Below are positions 12,207 to 23,000 of a stretch of DNA of 64,000 bases, one piece after another (the first letter of the stretch is position 1; each line of letters starts with the position of its first letter). The position numbers and the translations under genes are program-made. The notes below the pieces were generated by a model. That model was not told the origin of the DNA, did not search any database, and worked only from the letters and a program-made list of their open reading frames with translations. The DNA is from Laetmonice hystrix (Eukaryota): contig OZ249436.1 of assembly GCA_965235115.1 (NCBI GenBank), positions 16,742,001 through 16,806,000 on the forward strand. Reading direction: 5' to 3'.

Positions 12207-12506
12207 CTTTATATATCCCCCTCCAGGTCGAGGACCACAGAAAGGGTGTGGACTAAACTCAACGTTATGCTAGGATAAAAACAGAGTTCCGGCAAAATTA
12301 GAAGTATTCAAGTACTACAAGTCTTAGGTAAAGATTAAAAGCAAATTTTGATTGACATTTTACGTCTGTAAAATTTGTTTTAGTGAACAATTACATGAAC
12401 AGATCATATACATTTCTGCATTTTGAAAAACCACCCAGCAAAATCGCGACGTGAGCGCCCTCTCTAATCACGTGAGCATGTCTTGATACCGATTTGATAT
12501 GCAAAT
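12207..12506 (-). promoter_or_regulatory. Type 3 Pol III-like promoter of ncRNA copy B
   Basis: TATA 12215-12207; PSE-like ACACCCTTTCTGTGGTCC 12249-12232; CACGTG 12469-12474; perfect octamer ATGCAAAT 12499-12506. Confidence 0.65.
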
Positions 12507-12837
12507 AAGAGTGCCAGTCGCAGGGACAGACTATTATTAGACGCTCTATTGTTTGGGTTTGTTGTTTTGCGACTCACTGACGTGTGAAGAAATGTCAGTA
12601 GCCTTTGCCTGCATGAAACATCGAGCAGGCCGATGTGGATCTATAAGTATATATTTAGCCATCAGGTGTGAAGCTTGCCATGCTACAGGATCGGGTACAT
12701 ACTCTCCCACCCAAAAGAAATTAAAAGAAAAGTTCATTTCCCTACATTCTGTGAACACCAATGTACAATTTCCTGGTGTCGAACTATCACATGTGGCCGT
12801 AGCCTGCGAGGGGGGCAAGGGGGGCAACTGCGCCCTG

Positions 12838-13131
12838 GCCCCAGTTTCAGAAAGGCTCTAAGCAGCAAGCTTGAAGCTAAGCAGGGCTACGGTGGCCCAC
12901 GAGCACACAGACACTTTAACTTTATACATTGATGTTCGTGGATATTTTCACATCATTGGAAATATCACCATGGTGAAAATATTACCACCACGTTTTAATT
13001 ATTATTTCTGTGAAAATATCGACGAAAATCAATCTAGAAAGATAAAAACAGTAACGGTTTTTGTCCCTATGGGCTGCAGTAGCTCTGCTTAGCTTAAAGC
13101 CTGCTGCTTAGAGCCTTTCTGAAACTGGGCC
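12838..13131. mobile_element. Harbinger-like MITE nested in a CAGGGCCGTAGC-type element
   Basis: TIR ..cccagtttcagaaaggctctaagcagca / tgctgcttagagcctttctgaaactggg..; 3-bp TSD CTG. The reconstructed empty site resembles 11037-11060. Host element ends are seen at 11007, 12795, 13265 and 24793. Confidence 0.8.
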
Positions 13132-13750
13132 CTGGGATTTCCATTTTTTGTAACCCAGACTCCCAGCTCGACTGGCGCAATGACGCGCTGTCACGCGTTA
13201 GGCCTATCTGGTTAATGTTCATAGGACACTGCCCCCCTGGGATTTTTGGGCATGCTACGGCCCTGGAAGTGATAGGCCTACAAAATCCAACTCATTCAAT
13301 CTGATCTTCAACTGTATTTTAATTTAACGAATTCAGTAATGACGCAGAAAGAGCGCTATAAAATGTCAGCTAGTCAACATTTAGACGCGGAAAGAGCTCT
13401 ATAAAATGTCAACTATAATCAACATTTAGACACTGCAGTATTAACTGCCGATTTATGGACACGTGTCGAATCTTATGACTACTCTCATTACCCTGATCTA
13501 TCACCGTTTGAAGAAGGATATAACATGGTGACGAAGACATGCCAATCGATAAATTAGCCACCACACTCATCATTCAAAAAGTTAATCTTTTCACAGTCCG
13601 TTTGGAATCTAGCAGTTCTTTGGCAGATGAACGATAAAACATTACTAATTTTTACAACGCCCCCTTTCATCCTCATAACATTCAAGGAATAGATCTGAAA
13701 AGGCACTGGTATACAAAAGTTACTCCACATGCCGTTCCGTGTTTCACTTT

Positions 13751-15377
13751 TTAAAAGTAGGTGGACTTCTGTGCATAAAGTCCCCCGGCCTTAGCGGCAC
13801 CGTGAGAGTTTGTTTGCGGTTCTCCTGTGTGGTCCTCACTGGATGTACCTGAGTCGGCGGACTCCTCCCGTATAGAGAGCTTCTCCCGCCGGGAGGGCCT
13901 CCGGACAGACACTGGAGCACGGACATCCCGGGTCTGACTAGCGGCCGTGAAAGCCTGGCGTACGAGGTGACTAGAAAATGCCCCGGGGCCGTGAACACCC
14001 GAGTTATCAGAGAAAGAACCTTTCTTGTTCCCCACGGCAACGGTTGGTCCGGTACCACTAGAGGTATCGGAGAGAGAACCTTTCTTGTTCCCCACGGCAA
14101 CCGTTGGTCCGGTACCACTAGAGGTATCGGAGAGAGAACCTTTCTTGTTCCCCACGGCAACGGTTGGTCCGGTACCACTAGAGGTATCGGAGAGAGAACC
14201 TTTCTTGTTCCCCACGGCAACCGTTGGTCCGGTACCACTAGAGGTATCGGAGAGAGAACCTTTCTTGTTCCCCACGGCAACGGTTGGTCCGGTACCACTA
14301 GAGGTATCGGAGAGAGAACCTTTCTTGTTCCCCACGGCAACCGTTGGTCCGGTACCACTAGAGGCATCGGAGAGAGAACCTTTCTTGTTCCCCACGGCAA
14401 CACTAGAACTACTTTGTGAAGGCAATTCCTTGCCTACAGAATCAGTGACCCGTCCATGGACACTTGATTTGTTAGAAGATACTGTTTTTTCGTTCAATGT
14501 GGCAACACCTGTCTTTTGATCCATTAAATTGTGAGCGGAGGCTCGTCTTTGGTCTCTGGAACTATCGCAGGCTGTTGACTTCTTGACCTGAAAACCAACA
14601 CAGTTCTGGTTGCCAGGATTTGTAAGAGATGTCGAGCCTGGGTCGACTGCAGCGACTCCTGATGGGACAGTTCTACACTGTTTGGGAGGTACATCCTGAC
14701 TGGAGGCACTGGGATGCACTGAACCAGGCAGAGGGGTTTCACTCAACCCGCAGTTGGCCTGAGCCGAGTCCCTGACCAGGTCATGGAGACCCCTCCTCCC
14801 CGACTGACCTGTCGGTTTGACGCTCGGTGAGTACTCCGGGTCACCGTCTATTTCAAAGCGTTGAAACTCACCCCTGCTGGTGACCGTGTGGTTCGGGCCA
14901 CGGCCGGCAGGGGCCCGCTGATGCGCCTGCGCAGTGGCGTCATGACGTCCCAATGTGACGTACTGTCTCGCCTGTGTCGTGGCGTTCTGCTCTAGTCTCT
15001 CCGGAGACGGTGACAGCACACTGATGGCGGGGACCTGGTTCAACTCACCCAGCCCTGAAACAGCCTCAACATCCGGGACTCCAGTCTCCTCTCTCAGAAC
15101 ACTGGGACTGCGCAGGTCCTCCACCTGCAGCTCCAACCCGCCGGCCTCGGCCGGGATGCCATGTTTACCTCCATTACAAGCACCATTATTGACTGAAGGA
15201 CGAGAAGCGCCAACCTCAATGCTCTCAACCCGTCCCTTGTGAAGCAGTCTGGTCAATCTTGTCGATGATACCCGCGACGACCTTGCCTCGCTGTTTGTTC
15301 CCGGATGAAACCCCAACTTGCGCTGAACTGCCTGAAGCGCCCTCTGCAGGCAGGGGACTACTGACGAGACGCCCCGC
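13751..15377 (-). CDS. Probable alternative terminal exon of the cadherin (about 540 aa low-complexity tail ending KSTYF*)
   Basis: Strong acceptor gtgttttcttccccag at 15378-15393. It is phase 2, matching the phase-2 donors at 22324, 24957 and 26090. 1.6 kb open frame; ends in a class I PDZ-type motif (T-Y-F); candidate ATTAAA at 13323-13318. Assignment to the cadherin is inference. Confidence 0.6.
14007..14401. repeat. 60-bp tandem repeat (about 6.5 copies), in frame in the putative terminal exon
   Basis: Encodes VAVGNKKGSLSDTSSGTGPT on the minus strand. Confidence 0.95.
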
Positions 15378-16586
15378 CTGGGGAAGAAAACACGGCGACA
15401 TACATTAGAACGTGGACACCCTGTCACCTTGCTTTGTACAATTACAGCTATTGACAGTGGCCACACCTACATGACTATACCTTTACTGCACATAAATATA
15501 CTCCTCTAATTAGCGCAATGTCCTTCCTTTAAAACTTTCCGTTTTACTCCTGAAAAAAGCAGTGATTCAGGACAGAATGGTGTAGTGAAGGGTTACGACA
15601 ATATAGAAGATTACTACCACATCATGGGGTTTTCACAAGGGGTGACGGCGTGCTCCTAACAGTCCCTCCCCCGCGATGAAGGGGTCGGTAGTATATAACA
15701 AGGGGGTTGGAACAAACTACCGGTATCCCCTTTTTTCAAACTCCTGTCAATAATAATCTCCTATAGGTTCCCTCGATCTCCCAGGGTCTGAGAGATCTAC
15801 GGTACGTCAACCACCAATAGGCCTACTACTCTACGTCAACATGGGCCGCTTAAAAACTATATAACGTTAATTCAACACGCTTTAACCCATCCTTGACCAA
15901 CAACCCCGTCATTTGCTTTTAAACGGCCCATATCAAACTCTACTACCTAGCAATAATGTTAGTACTAAAAGCAGTTCTTTCTATAATGATTAAATCTGGT
16001 CTAATCTAGGAGGCAGTGTGCAACTTAGTTGTATTAAAATTTGGGCCTCATACTAATTCTGTAATTATACTTGAGTGAAACAAAAGAATTTGGGAGTTGG
16101 AAAATCAGTGTATTTCACGATGTGTTTTCACTTTGAGCCCAGTTCCTTGTCACGATGTTAGAGTGGCCTATAGAAGTACTCACTCAAGCAAGCTGTGTAT
16201 ACCATCAGTAACCTCGGCTGCATGAAGGCCCTCTATCAGAGAGACACGCACGACCTGGCTACAGAAAGCCCTCAGACAAAAGGTCCTTCATACAGCCAGA
16301 CCGTGCGTGTCTCTCTGAGGGTCTTCACACGGCCAGGCCGTGCGTTCCTCTCTGAGGGCCTTCACACAGCCGAGCGTCATACCAACTCGCATACACACAG
16401 CTCGGCTGTGTGAAGGCCCTCAGAGAGGCACGCACAGCTCGGCTGCAGGGGGGCCCTCAGGGAGACACACACAGCTGAGCTGTGTGAAGGCCCTCAGGGA
16501 CAGCTGTGACAGCATTATCAATTTACTGGGGAAACCTTGCCAACGCCTCCCCCCCCCCTCAACCCAGTGAACCACTGACACCAGAT

Positions 16587-17008
16587 CCTGACATCTGGGT
16601 CCCTCCACCATCTGTACCCGCCACCAACTCGGCCTGACATCTGGGTCTCTCCACCATCTGTACCCGCCACCAACTCGGCCTGACATCTGGGTCTCTCCAC
16701 CATCTGTACCCGCCACCAACTCGGCCTGACATCTGGGTCTCTCCACCATCTGTACCCGCCACCAACTCGGACTGACATCTGGGTCCCTCCACCATCTGTA
16801 CCCGCCACCAACTCGGACTGACATCTGGGTCCCTCCACCATCTGTACCCGCCACCAACTCGGACTGACATCTGGGTCCCTCCACCATCTGTACCCGCCAC
16901 CAACTCGGACTGACATCTGGGTCCCTCCACTATCTGTACCCGCTACCAACTCGGACTGACATCTGGGTCCCTCCACCATCTGTACCCGCCACCAACTCGG
17001 CCTGACAT
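16587..17008. repeat. 46-bp minisatellite just after the ETEL stop codon
   Basis: (cctgacatctgggtccctccaccatctgtacccgccaccaactcgg) about 9 copies. Confidence 0.95.
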
Positions 17009-17038
17009 GTGTACCTGCGTTTGGAAGCTTAGCAGAGG

Positions 17039-20000
17039 TCAAAGTTCAGTCTCGCCTATTTCATACTCATTGAGTCCTGAAACAACAATATGATCTTAGA
17101 AAGTGCCACACTGCAAATACGGCAACAACAGCAACAAAGAAAACGCAACAACAGGCAACAACAGCAACAGTAAAGGCAGCCAGAATCACCTCCATGTTTT
17201 GGGTGCATCGTCGAATGTACGCTCCTCAATATAATTATTCATAATCGGACTTTGAAGTTGAGGATTGCAAACCGTGCCTTAATAAGGTTTATACTTAACT
17301 CTGCATAATTGTATTTATACCACGCGCACATGTTCTAGTCATATTACATGTGTCCGCATACCGTTCAATACCATCAATACCAGCAAACCTTCCCCACAGT
17401 GGCGCTCGACACCTTAACCTCCCTGGGAACCTCAGGTAACCAGGTCTGTACTCACCAGGCGTGCGTCCGAGTGGGCGTCCGATACCAAACCAGACTACCA
17501 AACTGATAACCGACATCCTAATAGTAAAACTAAACTGGAGCGTACCATACGAACGACGTATGTTACTCGGTGATGTCCCCAGGTTCACTTCAGACTCGGA
17601 GAAAATGATTTCAAAAGTATTCATGAAGGGATTTCATTTACTTGGCCGCCCCCGACCTCTGAAACTGCCCGAACTGCACCCTTTAATGATCTCTCAAAGC
17701 GTTTACAATGTTCGTATCGACGTTCGTATCGGGACGTCCCGTTTTACGTTAGGAGTCGGGCAGCCATCTGAGGACCTCGTACCCAAGGTGGTCAAGGTGA
17801 CTCTTTGGTTAACGAATTTCTACAGGTCATAGTTGGTGTCAACGAAGGAAGAAGAAGAACCAGGCCACGGTAAGACGGCAGAGAGATAAAGAAACCAGCT
17901 GATATTACTACTCTACTATTCTACAGGACAGAACCATCATCGAGGTGTGGGTCAGTGTCAAGAATACTGAATGGTCCTGAAAGTGAAACCGTAACTAGCA
18001 GCAAACTGAACTGGTCTGGGAAGGCAGAGAGTGGTATTAGCTGGTGTTACCTGCAGGGCTGCGCTGGGGTGAGTAATTTCGGTTACTTCGGCCACTGAAA
18101 GATGAGCGGGTCTACGGTTAGTACTCTCTGTCACGTGTTACCTCATATAGTGTCTCTAGTGGCCGCTAGAGGGCACAGGTCCCCCTGGCGGCCACTACAG
18201 ATGCGACACATTTTACGTCTGAAGGTCATGCAGAAACTGCAGGAAAGGTTGTGCTGGTCTTGCGTTTGAGGGTTATTGTTGTTCTTCCCTGCTTTCCTTT
18301 CTTTTTTTCCAAACGTTGTATGGCCATCAGATGAAACGGTCCTGTGTGTAATCACGTGACAACAGAGCCAACACCAGGTGGCGTCCTTGTTTCCGAACAT
18401 GTGCCGGCGGTTGCTGAATTCAATGACTGGAGGTTAAGGCACTGGGTCCACAGGGCAATACGTCAAATCAAATTCCACCCTGCTGAGTTGGATGGCTGTA
18501 GATTTAAATCTAGGTCAAAAGGAAACCATCCACAATTGGATAATTTAGGCCTATTTAAATTTGACAGTTATGTATAGGTATATTTGGTTAATGTTTTAGT
18601 GCCCCTCCCCCCGCCCCCACTCCCCGGAGGTAGTTCAGGCCTGGATGCGTAACCACAGCCTTATTGGAATTTTGTAGTTTGTGTCCTTTTGAGTACGTCG
18701 TACTTTCCTAACTTAAACTAAGGTCGATGTTTTCTCTGTAAAACGGTTCATGTCAGTGACGGCTGGGAGAGGAGCACAGACATAGGCCTATGACGTGATC
18801 ACGTCAGTGCCGCCAATGTTACCGAACACCTGTCTATCTCTCAGTTGACCGATCCAGGACAGGTGAACATAGACGCCGAGAGCCTACATACAGTCAGCAA
18901 TATGTTAGTGACAGTTAGTTCTAATTAAAGACAAGACCGGCTTGCCTTAGCTTGGAGTTAGTGATGGGTGACCCACCCATGGCTTGGAGTTAGTGATGGG
19001 TGACCCACGTGATATAACCCATGACTTGGAGTTAGCGATGGGTGACCCACGTGGTATAACCCATGGCTTGGAGTTAGTTATGCGTCACCCACGTGGTATA
19101 ACCCATGGCTTGGAGTTAGTGATGGGTCACCCACAGCGGCGGGTGTCATCGTGCTAAATGTCTACAATTAGTTCTCTATAATCACCAACCCGAACCAAGA
19201 GCGCTGACACGAGGCAGCACTGTGACCAACACCATTACTGTTATAACCAGTTCTCCCGTCACGCGCCACTGTCACGGCCCGTCACGCGCTGCCCTGACTG
19301 ACGCTATGACGTCACCGGAAGCTGCACACGGCTGTGTGCGCCTCGTCTGGTGTGGTCACTTACGGATAATACTGTCCGACTCCACCGGACTGCAGGGCTC
19401 CCCCGGCCCGTAGGCCAGTTCGCCGGCTACCACCAGGTCCTGGGGAAGGGCGCCGTTCAACCTCGGGAAGGACGAGCCAATGGTCAAGTCAACCACATCC
19501 TCGTCATCATCAAAGTGTTCCTCCTCCTTCTCACCGCCGGTCAGGAACAGCACGGGAGGCGGGATGACGACAGGCGTAGGGTCAAAGGTCAGGGTGCGCC
19601 TGATGACCCCGTCCTGGACCAAGCGTTCCACTCTTCTCAGGTGTGGGCTGCGCAAGACATAACAGATACGTCACTTCCGGTGTGTACTATTTCCCCTCGC
19701 CAGGTCCAGCGGATTACCTTTAGTTTGCTGTCACTGGGGCGGAGACGTGACTTTGAGACGATCGGCCCTGTTCTGAACAGGGGAACCAGGACATTCGCAT
19801 CTTGTTCTCATACCTAATCTAAGTACACGCCCGAGCAAACCAGTCACACCTTTGTGTGAGACGTTAAGTATACACCTGAACCTCTTACATGACCCACAGT
19901 GGACCTCTTACATGACCCACAGTGAACCTCTTACATGATCCACAGCGATGTCCTTAAATCTAAAACTGCAGTTAAAATCAGACACCGGGAACCACATTCG

Positions 20001-23000
20001 TCACCCTGGGAACATAACACGTAACCAATCAGTCCCGATCACCATGTGACGTCATCACCGGAAACACGTCACCGATCCTACGTCATGCCGTGGCTTCAAA
20101 GCAATCCTCTACTGAAAACAAGGATTAACAGAAATACGTTCCTGGGGAAAATAAAACATAATTCTACCACAGCAGAAAGAGGCTTACTTTCGTAAAAACC
20201 TGAGGGTTTGGGAACATGCATACTTGTGGGTTGGATATCTTGTGAGGTGTGCTCATGATGGGGAAACCTAGTCGGCATGCCTGTCGCATGCACTAGGTGG
20301 CGCTGCGGATAAAAAGCCCGTGAGAGGGCAGAACTGACGAGTTACCTGTGGACGTACCGGCCCCGTGCGTCTTCCTGTGGAAGATTGGGAGAGAAGGCCG
20401 GTGACTGAGCTATCAAAGACTGACAGTGAGCTATCATAGACTGACAGTGAGCTATCATAGACTGTCACTGAGCTATCAAAGACTGACAGTGAGCTATCAT
20501 AGACTGACAGTGAGCTATCATAGGCTGACACTGAGCTATCATAGACTGTCACTGAGCTATCAAAGACTGACAGTGAGCTATCATAGACTGTCACTGAGCT
20601 ATCATAGACTGACACTGAGCTATCATAGACTGTCACTGAGCTATCATAGACTGTCACTGAGCTATCATAGACTGTCACTGAGCTATCATAGACTGTCACT
20701 GAGCTATCATAGACTGACACTGAGCTATCAAAGACTGACAGTGAGCTATCATAGACTGACACTGAGCTATCATAGACTGACACTGAGCTATCAAAGACTG
20801 ACAGTGAGCTATCAAAGACTGACACTGAGCTATCATAGACTGACACTGAGCTATCATACACTGTCACTGAGCTATCATAGACTGTCACTGAGCTATCATA
20901 GACTGACAGTGAGCTATCATAGACTGTCACTGAGCTATCAAAGACTGACAGTGAGCTATCATAGACTGTCACTGAGCTATCATAGTCTGTCACTGAGCTA
21001 TCATAGACTGTCACTATGCTATCATAGACTGACAGTGAGCTATCATAGACTGTCACTGAGCTATCATAGACTGACAGTGAGCTACCATAGACTGTCACTG
21101 AGCTATCAAAGACTGACAGTGAGCTATCATAGACTGTCACTGAGCTATCAAAGACTGACACTGAGCTATCATAGACTGTCACTGAGCTATCATAGACTGA
21201 CAGTGAGCTATCATAGTCTGTCACTGAGCTATCATAGACTGCTACTGAGCTTTCATAGACTGTCACTGAGCTATCATAGACTGCCACTGAGCTATCAAAG
21301 ACTGACAGTGAGCTATCATAGACTGTCACTGAGCTATCATAGACTGTCACTGAGCTATCATAGACTGTCACTGAGCTATCAAAGACTGTCACTGAGCTAT
21401 CATAGACTGTCACTGAGCTATCACAGACTGACAGTGAGCTATCATAGACTGACACTGAGCTATCATAGACGGACACTGAGCTATCATAGACTGTCACTGA
21501 GCTATCATAGACGGACACTGAGCTATCATAGACTGACAATGAGCTATCATAGACTGTCACTGAGCTATCATAGACTGACACTGAGCTATCATAGACGGAC
21601 ACTGAGCTATCATAGACTGTCACTGAGCTATCATAGACTGACACTGAGCTATCACAGACTGTCACTGAGCTATCACAGACTGTCACTGAGCTATCATAGA
21701 CTGTCACTGAGCTATCATAGACTGACACTGAGCTATCATAAACGGACACTGGGCTATCATAGACTGTCACTGAGCTATCACAGACTGACAGTGAGCTATC
21801 ATAGTCTGTCACTGAGCTATCATAGACTGACACTGAGCTATCATAGACGGACAAGGGGCCATCCTAGTCTGACTCTCGGCTAGCATAGACCGACATTGGG
21901 CTATCAAGGAACCAAACTGTGTTGTCATAGACTGATACTGGGCTATCATGGACCGGGGTCACCAAAGCTACAATATTATAGCTGTAGTTTGGTGGGAAAT
22001 CACCTGTTTGTGGATGGTCACCCTGACGTGGACACGAGTTCCATGCTGAACAACTAATGTTATGTGTTAGGTTTACATACATCAGACAGTTATTAGGTTT
22101 TGGTATCACAAACAGCAGGCTCCATTCTGACATACATGTATATTGAACACAAATGACATTTATACCATGGCAATGACAACAAAGTGCGTGTCTGAATAAA
22201 ACAGAGCTTCACTGAGTTTCTGAACAATCCAACATTTTCATCAAATGGCTATCCATTAATAGATCAGATTTTTCTCTCGACTCAGAGCGGTTGTCTGCTC
22301 TAATTTCTGGTGCCAGTACTCACGCATAGGTGTCGCCTCCATACGGTGAGACCCAGCCGGACCCGTCAGCCTGTCCGCGCCCGAGCTGGGAGTTAGCGCC
22401 TGACTGGTTGTCTACCACTATGATCGCCTTACCCTCGTCATCACTGTAACAGAGGCACACGTTCTCACGTTAAACACTGCCACTGTAACACAGACACATG
22501 TCAAGTTCTCACGTAAAACACTGTCACTGTAACACAGACACACTTAAAGTTCTCATGTTAAACACTGTCACTGTAACACAGACACACGTAATTTTCTCAC
22601 GTTAAACACTGTCACTGTGACACAGACACATGTAAAGTTCTCACGTTAAATACTGTCTTTGTAACACAGACACACTTAAAGTTCTCACGTTAAACATTGT
22701 CACTGTAACACTGGCACACGTAAAGTCCTCACGTGTGTCTGTGTGTCACTGTATACACTGGCACACGTAAAGTTCTCACGTTAAGCACTGTTACTGTAAC
22801 ACAGACACTTGTAAAGGTCTCACGTTAAACACTGTCACTGTAACACAGATATACGTAAAGTTCTTACGTTAAACACTGTCACTGTAACAGACACATACAA
22901 TTCTCACGTTAAACACTGTCACTGTAACACAGACATACGTAAAGTTCTGACGTTAAACACTGTCACTGTAACACAGACACATGTAAAGCTCTCTCGTTAA

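Larger units (their letters stand above)
11778..12812. repeat. About 1 kb segmental duplicate (partner 23842-24810) carrying ncRNA copy B with flanks
   Basis: Colinear from gaggaatcaRgttctggg to ggccgtagcctgcg in the same orientation, with several indels. Confidence 0.9.

Noticed and set aside
11967..12256. Short plus-strand ORFs shared by the three repeat copies (also 7002-7382 and 24003-24332)
   Set aside because: Frames are not conserved between copies; promoter, terminator and covariation point to a minus-strand RNA.
11007..13265. A single hAT-like element (CAGGGCCGTAGC..GCTACGGCCCTG) enclosing ncRNA copy B
   Set aside because: No TSD. The right end more probably belongs to the truncated left end at about 12795.
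19718..20404. Possible extra cytoplasmic exons at 20404/20374-20346 and about 19768-19718
   Set aside because: Splice signals exist, but the phases lead to early stops, whereas 22324 joins 19647 directly in frame. Left unannotated.
20268..21883. Long ORFs (528 and 485 aa) on both strands
   Set aside because: Artefacts of a stop-free 21-bp minisatellite inside a cadherin intron.
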